Shown here in pieces: positions 1 to 9,613 of a stretch of 64,000 nt of DNA. A model generated the notes under the pieces. The model saw only the letters and a program-made list of their open reading frames with translations. It was not told the DNA's origin and did not search any database. Source of the stretch: Methylophilaceae bacterium. Lineage in GTDB: Bacteria > Pseudomonadota > Gammaproteobacteria > Burkholderiales > Methylophilaceae. The stretch is from assembly GCA_009926205.1 (NCBI GenBank), contig RFPI01000001.1, forward strand, positions 328-64,327. The letters run 5' to 3'. A program made the position numbers and the translations under genes. How positions within the stretch are numbered: the first letter of the stretch is position 1; each line of letters starts with the position of its first letter.

Positions 1-13
1 TTACTTCAATGCC

Positions 14-799
14 TTAAATATTGAGCCAACTTAATCCTGCTTGCTGGTCAGCGAGTAATATTTGCTCAGCCTGCCAGCCCATGGCATGGCTCAACGCCTG
101 TCTGGCTAAATCTGGTGTATTGTTTTGTGCGCTGATATGCGCTGCCACTACAAATTGCAAATCTGCATGTTTGATTTGGGCAAGCAAGCTTGCACTGGTC
201 TGATTATCTAAATGACCTAATCTTCCCCCAACACGTTGCTTGAGGGATAGAGGGTAAGCACCTTGATGCAGCATGTCTAAGTCATGATTGCACTCTAACC
301 ATAGGCCATGACAATTTTTTAGTGATGAAAGTATATGAGGGGTAATGCTGCCGGTGTCAGTCAGAACGCCGAGTTTAGCTCGTCCATCGCTGATGGTAAA
401 TTGCACCGGTTCTCTTGCGTCGTGTGGCACTGGGAATGGCTGAATAAAAAGATCCGCGACTTCAAAACCTTGGTGGCTATCAATCAGATTAAGTAAATCC
501 TCTTCTAGCAAGGATTCAATTTGCTTGATGGACTGTTGTTGCATGGCACGCATGGTGCCATAGGTCATCAGAACAGGAATTTGATATTTGGCAGCGAGTC
601 GAGATACGCCTGAGGCATGATCTTGATGTTCGTGGGTGACTAAGATCGCATCAATCTGACTGGGTTCTATAGCCAACCTAGCAAGACGCATCTCGGTCTC
701 TTTAAGGCTAAATCCACAGTCTAGTAGTACACAGGTATCGGCCTGCTGAATGAGCAGGCCATTCCCGCCGCTACCGCTGCCTATGCTGGCAAAGCGCAT
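14..799 (-). CDS. MBL-fold metallo-hydrolase (beta-lactamase-like)
   Basis: 261-aa ORF with the zinc-ligand motif THEHQDH and the N-terminal GSGSGGNG / LLDCG pattern typical of the metallo-beta-lactamase fold. Confidence 0.8.
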   Translation of the reverse strand: MRFASIGSGSGGNGLLIQQADTCVLLDCGFSLKETEMRLARLAIEPSQIDAILVTHEHQDHASGVSRLAAKYQIPVLMTYGTMRAMQQQSIKQIESLLEEDLLNLIDSHQGFEVADLFIQPFPVPHDAREPVQFTISDGRAKLGVLTDTGSITPHILSSLKNCHGLWLECNHDLDMLHQGAYPLSLKQRVGGRLGHLDNQTSASLLAQIKHADLQFVVAAHISAQNNTPDLARQALSHAMGWQAEQILLADQQAGLSWLNI

Positions 800-800
800 A

Positions 801-2063
801 TTATTTTAATTGTTCATACAGTAAGCTAAGGATCTGGCTTGCTGTATTATTTTTCTGAGCCTCGCCTGCTTTATTAACAATGGTGACTCTAGAACTACGC
901 TCTGCAAGCTGCTCAATCTTGACGCGATACTGTTTGGTATTATCAACGAGCTCTTCTGGGGGAGCTTTCCAGAATTGAAGCTTGTCGGAAACGCTGGTTG
1001 AGACCGTCTTTTTTTCTTCAGCTGGCGCGGGTTTTTCTTTATCGTCACCCCAGAACTTGAGTGAGTCCAAAATTCCCTTTTTCTTATCCACGCCCAATGA
1101 AACATCGATATCAGTGTAGCGAACATAATAGATGCCAGCAGAACGATTGCGATCTTCAACCACAAACCCAACACGGTCCAAAGCTAGGCCGACGCGACGC
1201 CATGCACGGTCAAAATCGTCATTGATACTAAGATTAACAGAGCCATCATTTTCTTTATTGATATAAGCGCGCAATGGAGAAGTATTGCTGGTGAGTATAG
1301 TTTTAGACTTTTTCTCTTCTACACCCAAGCGAACCATGAGGCGACGCAACAACTCTGCATCTAAATCTTCCGCCTCTGACTGTTCTTCATCACGTTTAGT
1401 CCGTTTAGTTGGAGCATAGCCTTGATCGAACTCACCTAAAGTATTGCGCACTCGCACTTTGCCATCATCTGACATATCAGCAATGGCGCGGTGACTGATG
1501 AAAATTTCGGTGGCACTTGGGTCATCTCCACGGTCGATACGAGTACGGAATTTTTGACGATTATTGAGCGCACTTAATTTGTCTAGCCAGCCCTGAAACT
1601 TATCTAGATAATTGCCTTTGTCATCTTTCAGATTGCTGGCATCTACCCATTCGGTCTCCATCACGCCGGTATCGGTATTTTCTACCCGCACGGCAAATCC
1701 AAGTTCAGTCCAAAAATCTCGGATGACAGGCCAGATTTTTTCTGGTCTTGCTTGTACCACCAGCCAGCGCTGTGAACCCGCACGTTCTATTCGAACATTA
1801 TCAGGGTTGGGCAGGATTTTTTCTTTTTGACCAGCTTCTTCGGGTTGCGACTGACTATAAGTCGAGTAACTGGTCGATCCTGGAATGCTGTAATTGTCGT
1901 TAGCAGAAACCGAGGTTAAGTCTGGAGGGACTTCTAATGTTTTGCCTTTGCCTGCGGATTTGTAATCTGGACTTGTGTCTAGAAAAGGTACAGATTCGCA
2001 TGCTGTCAGCACAAACGCGAGGAGTAAGCCCAAGCATGATTGTTTCAAGAGAGAATTGTTCAT
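801..2063 (-). CDS. bamC: Outer membrane protein assembly factor BamC (NlpB-type lipoprotein)
   Basis: The ORF is 801-2102. The probable start is ATG 2063, giving MNNSLLKQSCLGLLLAFVLTAC (signal peptide plus lipobox LTAC). It lies directly downstream of dapA, as dapA-nlpB(bamC) does in E. coli. Confidence 0.7.
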   Translation of the reverse strand: MNNSLLKQSCLGLLLAFVLTACESVPFLDTSPDYKSAGKGKTLEVPPDLTSVSANDNYSIPGSTSYSTYSQSQPEEAGQKEKILPNPDNVRIERAGSQRWLVVQARPEKIWPVIRDFWTELGFAVRVENTDTGVMETEWVDASNLKDDKGNYLDKFQGWLDKLSALNNRQKFRTRIDRGDDPSATEIFISHRAIADMSDDGKVRVRNTLGEFDQGYAPTKRTKRDEEQSEAEDLDAELLRRLMVRLGVEEKKSKTILTSNTSPLRAYINKENDGSVNLSINDDFDRAWRRVGLALDRVGFVVEDRNRSAGIYYVRYTDIDVSLGVDKKKGILDSLKFWGDDKEKPAPAEEKKTVSTSVSDKLQFWKAPPEELVDNTKQYRVKIEQLAERSSRVTIVNKAGEAQKNNTASQILSLLYEQLK

Positions 2064-2070
2064 AAATAAC

Positions 2071-2952
2071 CTAAATTTGAATCTCGGCCTGTCGCATAGC
2101 ACCTAACAAACGCGGATGATGCTGAGTCGATAATGGAACCAAGGGAAGGCGAATGCCTGCCTTGATTAGTTTCATTTGGTTCAGTACCCATTTCACTGGG
2201 ATTGGGTTGGCTTCTACAAATAAGCTTTGATGCAAGCCAAATAATTTTTGATTGATCAGTGTAGCCTGACTTACCTGACCAGATAAGGCTGCCTGACACA
2301 TTTCATGCATTAATTTTGGTGCAACATTGGCGGTTACCGAGATAACCCCTTTGCCACCGAGCAACATTAATGGCATGGCGCTCGCATCGTCACCGCTGAG
2401 CACAGAAAAATCTTTAGGTGCACGTATGATTAAATCAGTGCCGCGCTCTATGCTTCCAGTGGCGTCTTTAATGCCGATAATATTATCCACCTCAGCCAAA
2501 CGCAGTGTCGTGTCATTATGGATATCGACACCAGTGCGGCCCGGAACGTTATATAAAATTTGCGGTATGGCTACCTGCTCGGCCACTTTACGATAGTGCT
2601 GATAGAGGCCTTCTTGAGTAGGTTTGTTGTAGTAAGGGGCGACCAATAGAGCCGCATCAGCGCCTAATTGTTTTGCAGCTTGGGTGAGCTCAATCGCTTC
2701 GCTCGTTGAGTTGGCCCCAGTACCCGCAATCACTGGAATACGACCGTTGATATGTTTGACTGTGAATTCGATGAGGCCCAAGTGCTCTTCAACACTTACT
2801 GTAGGGGATTCGCCAGTCGTGCCGACAATCACAATGCCGTCAGTTTTTTGTTGTAGATGAAAATCAAGTAGTTGACGCAATGCATCGTGGTCCAAACTAC
2901 CGTCATCATGCATAGGCGTCACAATCGCGACTAAACTGCCTTGTAGCCTCAT
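2071..2952 (-). CDS. dapA: 4-hydroxy-tetrahydrodipicolinate synthase
   Basis: 293 aa. It shows the typical DapA N terminus ([10 protein letters not shown]), GTTGES, the active-site region YNVPGRTG and the lysine context IIGIKDATG. Confidence 0.95.
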   Translation of the reverse strand: MRLQGSLVAIVTPMHDDGSLDHDALRQLLDFHLQQKTDGIVIVGTTGESPTVSVEEHLGLIEFTVKHINGRIPVIAGTGANSTSEAIELTQAAKQLGADAALLVAPYYNKPTQEGLYQHYRKVAEQVAIPQILYNVPGRTGVDIHNDTTLRLAEVDNIIGIKDATGSIERGTDLIIRAPKDFSVLSGDDASAMPLMLLGGKGVISVTANVAPKLMHEMCQAALSGQVSQATLINQKLFGLHQSLFVEANPIPVKWVLNQMKLIKAGIRLPLVPLSTQHHPRLLGAMRQAEIQI

Positions 2953-3179
2953 GAGTAAGAAAACCTTGAATCAATAAAGGTCAATATTTTAACTGAAACC
3001 TTGTGCACTATGGGATGTTTTGCGGGATACAGATGATAATAAAACATTATATCGGTATAAGTTTTGGTGATTTGTGAAATATTCATGAATTGTTTATATT
3101 CGCGCATTCGCCTGAGCTACCCCTGAAAAGGCTGATAACAGGTATAATCCACAGGGTTTTTATTCAATTTATCGCCAAT

Positions 3180-3758
3180 ATGTTTGAACACTATATTTTG
3201 CTTTTTATTGGGGCGGCATTGGTCAACAATATCGTCCTGGTGAAAATTCTGGGCTTGTGTCCGTTTATGGGCGTATCCAAAAAGCTCGAGGCTTCGGTTG
3301 CGATGGCGATGGCCACCGCATTCGTATTGACCATAGGTTCTGGCACTAGCTACCTGATAAGCGAGTATCTATTAGGGAGTGAACTATTCTATTTGCGCAC
3401 ACTCTCCTTTATCGTGGTGATTGCTGGTGTCGTGCAGTTTACCGAAATGTGGATGGAAAAAAATTCACCTGTGCTTTATCAGGTGCTGGGTATCTATCTT
3501 CCCTTGATCACCACTAATTGCGCGGTGTTGGGTATCCCACTATTAAATGTTCAAGAAAAACACAATCTGATGGAATCCCTTGTATTTGGATTCGCAGGTG
3601 CTTTGGGCTTTTCATTGGTGTTAATTATTTTTGCTTCCATGCGCGAGAGATTAGAGGCGGCTGATATACCACAAGCATTTCAAGGTGCAGCAATTGCGAT
3701 GGTAACAGCTGGTTTGATGAGTATTGCATTTATGGGTTTTGCAGGATTGGTGCGTTAA
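3180..3758 (+). CDS. rnfA: Rnf/Rsx electron transport complex subunit A
   Basis: Polytopic membrane protein. From ATG 3180 ([37 protein letters not shown]) it is colinear with E. coli RsxA (193 aa). The track ORF start at 3090 is a TTG extension with no homology support. Confidence 0.9.
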   Translation: MFEHYILLFIGAALVNNIVLVKILGLCPFMGVSKKLEASVAMAMATAFVLTIGSGTSYLISEYLLGSELFYLRTLSFIVVIAGVVQFTEMWMEKNSPVLYQVLGIYLPLITTNCAVLGIPLLNVQEKHNLMESLVFGFAGALGFSLVLIIFASMRERLEAADIPQAFQGAAIAMVTAGLMSIAFMGFAGLVR

Positions 3759-4337
3759 ATGTTGACCGCAATTTGGGTAATGATAGGGTTGGCGTTGGCC
3801 TTGGGTTTGTTGCTGGGGTATTCCTCAGTCAAATTCAAAGTCGAGGGCGATCCCCTGGTGGATAGAATTGATGCCATCTTGCCGCAAACGCAATGTGGTC
3901 AATGTGGCTTCCCTGGTTGCAAACCTTACGCTACCGCAATTGCCTCTGGCGAGGCAGATATTAACCAATGTCCTCCCGGAGGAGATGCCGGGGTTCGTGC
4001 CTTGGCTGATTTGTTGGGAGTTGAATACAAACCACTGAACACTGAGCATGGCGAGCCCAAGCCCAAGTCAGTCGCAGTCATTGATGAGAATGTTTGCATA
4101 GGCTGCACACTTTGTATTCAAGCCTGTCCTGTGGATGCCATTTTGGGTGCGGCAAAGCACATGCATACTGTTATCGCCTCGGAATGTACCGGCTGTGAGT
4201 TATGTATTGCGCCATGTCCAGTTGATTGCATTACCATGGAGCCAGTGAAAGAATCACCTGATAATTGGAAGTGGCGATATCCCGTTATCCGCATTCAGCC
4301 AGTCGCAGAACATACGACGACTAACTCGATACACTAG
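3759..4337 (+). CDS. rnfB: Rnf/Rsx electron transport complex subunit B (4Fe-4S ferredoxin)
   Basis: It has an N-terminal TM helix, the CGQCGFPGC cluster motif and two CxxCxxCxxxCP ferredoxin motifs. Confidence 0.9.
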   Translation: MLTAIWVMIGLALALGLLLGYSSVKFKVEGDPLVDRIDAILPQTQCGQCGFPGCKPYATAIASGEADINQCPPGGDAGVRALADLLGVEYKPLNTEHGEPKPKSVAVIDENVCIGCTLCIQACPVDAILGAAKHMHTVIASECTGCELCIAPCPVDCITMEPVKESPDNWKWRYPVIRIQPVAEHTTTNSIH

Positions 4338-4361
4338 TCATTAAACAAAGACCTTAATTGC

Positions 4362-6134
4362 ATGTTTTCTCTAAACCGAATTGTTGATTTGATTAAACAG
4401 CCCGTTCATCGGACTGAGGTGCATTTGCGTGGTGGAGTGCATCCAGATGAGCACAAGCACGAATCTACACAGCAGCCGATTATGTCGTTGCCGATTCCGC
4501 ACCAGATTGTGTTGCCTTTGCGCCAACATGTGGGTCATTTACCAAAGTTGTTGGTCAAAGTGGGTGAGCGAGTAAAAAAAGGTCAACTACTAGCTGAAGC
4601 TGAGGGCAGCATTTCCGCAGCGATTCATGCCACGACTTCTGGAACAGTCATCGCGGTTCAAGACAGTTTAATCCCGCATCCTTCTGGACTGCCGGATCAA
4701 TGTATTGTCATTGCGGCCGATGGTTTGGATGAATGGGTGGATTTACATCCTATGGATTGGCGTCAACAATCCCCAGCAAGTTTGATTGAGCATTTGCGTC
4801 TCTCTGGGATTGTGGGTATGGGAGGAGCCGCTTTCCCTACCCAAGTGAAATTGCGCACTACACCAAAAAGTCCAGTACATACTCTGATTGTCAACGGTGC
4901 TGAGTGTGAGCCCTATATCACCTGCGACGATATGTTGATGCGTGAGCGAGCAACACAGATTATCCAAGGCTTGGCCATAGCGCGTCATATTATGGGTGTA
5001 GAAAACTGCATCATAGGCATAGAAGACAACAAACCTGAAGCGCTGCAAGCCATGACAGAGGCGGCAGCTAAGGCAGACTTTGCGGTACAGGTAAAAGTGG
5101 TTGCCACCATGTATCCCAGTGGCGATGCGCGACAATTGATACGATTGTTAACAGGCATTGAAGTGCCCAATGATAAACGATCAACCGATGTTGGCCTGCA
5201 ATGTTTCAATGTTGCCACATTGCTCGCCTTGCATCGCTACTTTGATTTTGGCGAACCCGCTGTATCAAGAATAGTGACCATGACGGGTCGAGTGAATGAG
5301 CCACGCAATTACGAAGTGCTGTTTGGTACACCCATGACCGATTTAATCGCTGCATCTGGCGGCGCTTTGTCGGGTGTGGATGATTATATTATGGGTGGCC
5401 CCATGATGGGGTTTAGCTTACCTAGCATTCATGTGCCCGTGACCAAGGCCAGTAATTGCATCATTGCCAGTGCACCGGATTTATTCCCCCCAGCGGCAGA
5501 GGCGATGCCTTGCATACGCTGTGCGCGATGTGCGGATGCCTGTCCAGTGCAACTGCAGCCACAAGAACTGTATTGGTTTGCAAAATCAGAAAACATTGAA
5601 AAAGCACGTGAATATCATCTATTCGACTGTATCGAATGTGGATGCTGTAGCTATGTTTGCCCGAGCAATATCCCTTTGGTGCAATACTATCGTTTTGCTA
5701 AGAGCGAGGCGATTGCTCAAGATCGTGCCAAAGAGGCCGCCAATGTGGCGCGTGAGCGCAATGAATTCCGCTTAATGCGTATCGATAGAGAGAAACAAGA
5801 GCGTGCCCAGCGTCATGCGCAAAAAGCCCTAGGTAGCAAAGACTCTAGCGAACAAGCACCTGCAGCTGCAACCAATACCGAAGATGCGGCAAGTAAACAA
5901 GCTGCAATTCAGGCGGCAATCGAGCGAGCCAAAGCTCAAAAAGCACAAATGAAGCCTAAGAATGTTGAGGATGCACCCACGCAAGTGAAAGCCGAAATTG
6001 CTGAAATCGATGCCAGACGTGAACAAGCGAAGCAAGCAGTGACGCAATCTCAAGCGCAGCCTGCAGCTCAACAAGCCTCTCTATTTGATCAGGCCCCGGC
6101 CAGTTCGGATGCTAATAGTGCTGATAAAGATTAG
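4362..6134 (+). CDS. rnfC: Rnf/Rsx electron transport complex subunit C
   Basis: 590 aa. It has the NADH/FMN-binding-like core (GMGGAAFPT, NGAECEPY) and two 4Fe-4S motifs (CIRCARCADACP, CIECGCCSYVCP), plus a low-complexity C-terminal tail. Confidence 0.9.
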   Translation: MFSLNRIVDLIKQPVHRTEVHLRGGVHPDEHKHESTQQPIMSLPIPHQIVLPLRQHVGHLPKLLVKVGERVKKGQLLAEAEGSISAAIHATTSGTVIAVQDSLIPHPSGLPDQCIVIAADGLDEWVDLHPMDWRQQSPASLIEHLRLSGIVGMGGAAFPTQVKLRTTPKSPVHTLIVNGAECEPYITCDDMLMRERATQIIQGLAIARHIMGVENCIIGIEDNKPEALQAMTEAAAKADFAVQVKVVATMYPSGDARQLIRLLTGIEVPNDKRSTDVGLQCFNVATLLALHRYFDFGEPAVSRIVTMTGRVNEPRNYEVLFGTPMTDLIAASGGALSGVDDYIMGGPMMGFSLPSIHVPVTKASNCIIASAPDLFPPAAEAMPCIRCARCADACPVQLQPQELYWFAKSENIEKAREYHLFDCIECGCCSYVCPSNIPLVQYYRFAKSEAIAQDRAKEAANVARERNEFRLMRIDREKQERAQRHAQKALGSKDSSEQAPAAATNTEDAASKQAAIQAAIERAKAQKAQMKPKNVEDAPTQVKAEIAEIDARREQAKQAVTQSQAQPAAQQASLFDQAPASSDANSADKD

Positions 6135-6144
6135 GAATCGTTAA

Positions 6145-7164
6145 ATGAGTAGATCCCCTTATGTGAGCCAAGCGCCTAGTGTCAGCAATATTATGCTGAA
6201 GGTCATGCTGGCGCTGCTTCCGGCGATAGCTGTGTATGTTTGGGTGTACGGTTCAGGTATTTTGCTGGTTTTGCTTTTGGCTTCGCTCACCGCTTTGGTG
6301 GCTGAGGCCTTAGTGTTGCGTATACGTCAGCGTCCGGTATGGCCATTTGTGAGTGACTGCAGTGCCTTGCTGACGGCTTGGCTGCTGGCATTATCGCTAC
6401 CGCCATTGGCCCCATGGTGGCTGGTGGTAGTGGGGACTTTTTTTGCCATCGTCGTGGCTAAACAATTGTATGGCGGCTTGGGCTATAACCCATTCAATCC
6501 AGCGATGGTGGGCTATGCTGTGCTATTGATTTCATTCCCAGCCATTATGACCAACTGGCCAGCACCGCTGAGCTTGGCTGAAACTTCTTTGGATTGGACG
6601 ACGCAGTGGAACATTATTTTATCTGGGCAATTGCCTGCAGGAGTATTGCCCGACGCCGTGAGTATGGCGACACCATTGGATTACATCAAAACCCAACTGA
6701 AGCTGAATCATTCAGTGGATAGTATCTTGCAAGCCGGACAATTTGGTTGGTTTGCAGGCAAGGGGGCTGAGTTGGTGGCTTTTGCTTATCTATTAGGTGG
6801 GGCCTATTTGCTTCATCAAAAAATCATTACTTGGCATTTGCCCATCAGCTTTATCCTTGGCTTAGCGCTGATGGCTGCAGGGTTTCATTGGTACCAGCCT
6901 GAGCTATATGCGGGTGCGGGCTTGCATTTATTCGCTGGCGCGACGATGTTGGGCGCATTCTTTATATTGACCGACCCAGTCTCTGGCCCCACAACCCCGA
7001 ATGGCAAAATTATTTTTGCCCTTGGTGTTGCGGTCATGACTTATTTGATTCGCACTTTTGGCGGTTATCCAGACGGTGTGGCATTCTCTGTTTTATTAAT
7101 GAATATGCTCGTGCCATTGATTGATGCTTGGACGCAGCCTCGCGTGTTCGGACATAAGCCATGA
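6145..7164 (+). CDS. rnfD: Rnf/Rsx electron transport complex subunit D
   Basis: 339-aa polytopic membrane protein with the NqrB/RnfD-type flavinylation region SMATPLD and the LTDP motif. Confidence 0.9.
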   Translation: MSRSPYVSQAPSVSNIMLKVMLALLPAIAVYVWVYGSGILLVLLLASLTALVAEALVLRIRQRPVWPFVSDCSALLTAWLLALSLPPLAPWWLVVVGTFFAIVVAKQLYGGLGYNPFNPAMVGYAVLLISFPAIMTNWPAPLSLAETSLDWTTQWNIILSGQLPAGVLPDAVSMATPLDYIKTQLKLNHSVDSILQAGQFGWFAGKGAELVAFAYLLGGAYLLHQKIITWHLPISFILGLALMAAGFHWYQPELYAGAGLHLFAGATMLGAFFILTDPVSGPTTPNGKIIFALGVAVMTYLIRTFGGYPDGVAFSVLLMNMLVPLIDAWTQPRVFGHKP

Positions 7165-7805
7165 GTGAATCCATCTCTAAACATAGTGTCAAAACGGCAT
7201 GGGTGATGGTGCTATTTACCATCGTTGGCACCTTGGCCTTGGCCTTGATGCATGCGCAAACACAACAGCCTATTTCTCAAGCAGAGCAGGAGACGCGCAT
7301 GCGGCTATTTGGCCAAGTGCTGAGTCATGACGCTTATGACAACCCTCTATTGCAAGACAATATCACCATACCGGCTGGCGGAATGCTCAATAACCGTGAA
7401 AGCACCGAGCTATATCGCGCTAGATTGCAGGGAAAACCAGCCGCCGTTGTGCTACAGGCAACCGCGCCTGATGGCTATAGTGGCGATATCAAATTGCTGG
7501 TGGCTATCGATAAAGACGGCAAAGTACTGGGTGTGCGTGTAATAGCGCATAGAGAAACCCCGGGCTTGGGCGATTATATTGATATCACGCACGATAACTG
7601 GATTGAGATGTTCTCGGGCAGTTCGCTCGCGCTTGGCGAGCAGGCCTGGGCAGTAAAAAAAGATGGCGGACAATTTGTCTATAAAACAGGCGCGACGATT
7701 ACGCCAAGGGCCGTGGTGAAAGCAGTGCATCAGGCCTTACAGTTTTATCAGCAGAATCGTGACAAAATATTCAGTCTGCCCAATCAAAGTGAACTCGCTG
7801 TATAG
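7161..7805 (+). CDS. rnfG: Rnf/Rsx electron transport complex subunit G (FMN-binding)
   Basis: It has an N-terminal TM anchor, ETPGLG and the covalent-FMN motif TGATITPRAV. An ATGA overlap joins it to the rnfD stop. Confidence 0.9.
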   Translation: MSESISKHSVKTAWVMVLFTIVGTLALALMHAQTQQPISQAEQETRMRLFGQVLSHDAYDNPLLQDNITIPAGGMLNNRESTELYRARLQGKPAAVVLQATAPDGYSGDIKLLVAIDKDGKVLGVRVIAHRETPGLGDYIDITHDNWIEMFSGSSLALGEQAWAVKKDGGQFVYKTGATITPRAVVKAVHQALQFYQQNRDKIFSLPNQSELAV

Positions 7806-7827
7806 CAACGTTTGAGGAGTTGAATCA

Positions 7828-8541
7828 ATGAGTAGTGGACAACAGGTATTAATTGAACCGCCATCAGCGGCAGCGCCATCTCAGTTTGCAGAAATATTCC
7901 GCAATGGCCTTTGGAAGCAAAACCCAGGATTGGTGCAATTGCTGGGCTTGTGCCCTACCTTGGCGATGACGACTAGTTTGGTGAATGGCTTTAGTTTGGG
8001 GTTGATGACCGCTATTGTCATGGCGGCAAGCAATGCTTCTGTATCCCCCATCCGCCACTACGTTCCTAGTGAAATTCGTATTCCGGTATTTATTTTGATT
8101 ATTGCCGCCTTGGTGACAGTGATTGATTTAGGCATGCATGCCTATTTGCATACATTGCATGGCGTGTTAGGCATCTTCATCCCTTTGATTGTGACCAATT
8201 GTATTGTGTTGGCACGGGTTGAGGCTTTTGCCGCCAAAAACGAGGTAGCTCCGTCAGCCTTTGATGGGTGGATGATGGGCTTTGGATTAGCGCTAGTATT
8301 GGCTGTTTTGGGGGGTGTTCGAGAATTGCTGGGCGCAGGTACATTATTCTCCGGGATCGATTTGGTATTTGGCGTGCAGGCCAAGCAATGGGTATGGCAT
8401 ATGGGCGACTATCAAGGATTTTTATTAGCGATTCTGCCTCCGGGGGCCTTTTTTGGTTTGGGTAGTTTGATTGCGATCAGAAATATACTCGAGCGTCGCG
8501 CAGCGGCCAAACTGGCTAAATCTGCCATGAGAGCAAGTTGA
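7828..8541 (+). CDS. rnfE: Rnf/Rsx electron transport complex subunit E
   Basis: 237 aa. The motifs GLWKQNPGLVQLLGLCP, IFIPLIVTNCIV and LPPGAF are colinear with E. coli RsxE. Confidence 0.9.
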   Translation: MSSGQQVLIEPPSAAAPSQFAEIFRNGLWKQNPGLVQLLGLCPTLAMTTSLVNGFSLGLMTAIVMAASNASVSPIRHYVPSEIRIPVFILIIAALVTVIDLGMHAYLHTLHGVLGIFIPLIVTNCIVLARVEAFAAKNEVAPSAFDGWMMGFGLALVLAVLGGVRELLGAGTLFSGIDLVFGVQAKQWVWHMGDYQGFLLAILPPGAFFGLGSLIAIRNILERRAAAKLAKSAMRAS

Positions 8542-9173
8542 ACGCGGAGCAGCGTTTACAAATGTTTCAGCGTTTGGCGCTGGCAATCCCAAATCCCACC
8601 ACCGAGTTGGTGCATCACTCCGTATTTGAATTATTAATTGCGGTAATTTTGTCCGCACAAGCGACAGATAAAAGTGTCAATATTGCCACCGCCAAACTAT
8701 TTGCTGTCGCCAATACCCCGCAAGCCATATTAGACTTGGGTTTGGCTGGACTGGAATCGTATATCCGCACCATAGGCTTGTACCGCAGCAAAGCCAAAAA
8801 TGTATTGGCGACCTGTCAAATTCTAATCGAGCAACATCAAGGTCAAGTCCCAGACAACCGTCAAGCGCTAGAAGCATTGCCCGGAGTGGGGCGCAAAACC
8901 GCCAATGTGATTTTAAACACGGCTTTCGGACATCCCACCATTGCGGTGGATACCCATCTTTTTCGTCTAGGCAATCGGATTGGAATTGCGCGCGGCAAAA
9001 CGCCTTTAGAAGTAGAAAAGAAATTACTCAAAAATGTCCCGTCAGATTATTTGCGTGATGCTCATCATTTGCTGATTTTGCATGGCCGATACACCTGTAC
9101 CGCGCGCAAACCAAAATGTACCGAATGTGTGATTCAAGATTTATGTGGCTATAAAGCCAAGGCCATCGCATGA
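8538..9173 (+). CDS. nth: Endonuclease III
   Basis: 211 aa, aligning end to end with E. coli Nth (PTTEL, LIAVILSAQATD, LPGVGRKTANV, the C-terminal 4Fe-4S cysteines CTARKPKCTECVIQDLC). The TTG start at 8538 is supported by that colinearity. It follows rnfE as in the E. coli rsx-nth operon. Confidence 0.92.
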   Translation: MNAEQRLQMFQRLALAIPNPTTELVHHSVFELLIAVILSAQATDKSVNIATAKLFAVANTPQAILDLGLAGLESYIRTIGLYRSKAKNVLATCQILIEQHQGQVPDNRQALEALPGVGRKTANVILNTAFGHPTIAVDTHLFRLGNRIGIARGKTPLEVEKKLLKNVPSDYLRDAHHLLILHGRYTCTARKPKCTECVIQDLCGYKAKAIA

Positions 9174-9604
9174 GTATATTTAATCCCAGCCGCGATGAAG
9201 TGAGAGCGTTTTTCTTTGAGGTGTGGCGTAAACATCAACAGCAGTCTGTGCTGACGCCTCTGGAAGAGCTTGCTTTGCGGGTGATGTTGCTGCACCCAGA
9301 GTACCATGCGACTTTGGATCGCCCAGAGCAATACGCTCAGCAGGAATATTTCCCCGAGCAGGGTGAAACTAATCCTTTTTTACATATGAGTTTGCATCTT
9401 TCATTGTTAGAGCAAATCTCAATCAATCAGCCTACAGGCATCACTCAGGTATACCAACAATTGCTGCTGCGTTATCAAGACGAGATGCAGGTTCAGCATG
9501 GCATGATGGAGTGTTTAGTCGAAACCATTTGGCAGGCACAACGCTATCAACAGCCTTTAGATAGTGCGGCCTATTTGCAGCGTCTGCAAGCTTTGGTGCA
9601 ATAG
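9170..9604 (+). CDS. DUF1841-family protein
   Basis: 144-aa soluble protein. An ATGA overlap joins it to the nth stop. The family assignment comes from remembered sequence pattern only (NPFLHMSLHLSLLEQ). Confidence 0.55.
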   Translation: MSIFNPSRDEVRAFFFEVWRKHQQQSVLTPLEELALRVMLLHPEYHATLDRPEQYAQQEYFPEQGETNPFLHMSLHLSLLEQISINQPTGITQVYQQLLLRYQDEMQVQHGMMECLVETIWQAQRYQQPLDSAAYLQRLQALVQ

Positions 9605-9613
9605 TCGTCTTGC

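Noticed and set aside
806-1174. 122-aa alternative-frame ORF inside bamC. Similar same-strand overlaps occur at 2060-2299 and 5464-5775.
   Set aside because: These are out-of-frame overlaps with longer, homology-supported genes.
3032-3053. GATGATAATaaaaCATTATATC, a Fur-box-like AT-rich imperfect inverted repeat between dapA and rnfA. The 10-bp palindrome ATTCATGAAT at 3081-3090 is nearby.
   Set aside because: The half-site spacing (5 nt) does not fit the 7-1-7 or hexamer Fur models. Short AT-only dyads are expected by chance in an AT-rich spacer. It is worth a matrix scan but is not supportable by eye.
3090-3179. N-terminal ORF extensions proposed by the track: rnfA from TTG 3090, nitroreductase from 37917, cmk from 63055, nnrD from 34517, dcd from 50836, lapB from 59955 and bamC from 2102.
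   Set aside because: Each extension either overlaps the neighbouring gene or uses a rare start. Each also adds residues absent from well-known homologues, and internal ATGs give proteins colinear with the E. coli counterparts.
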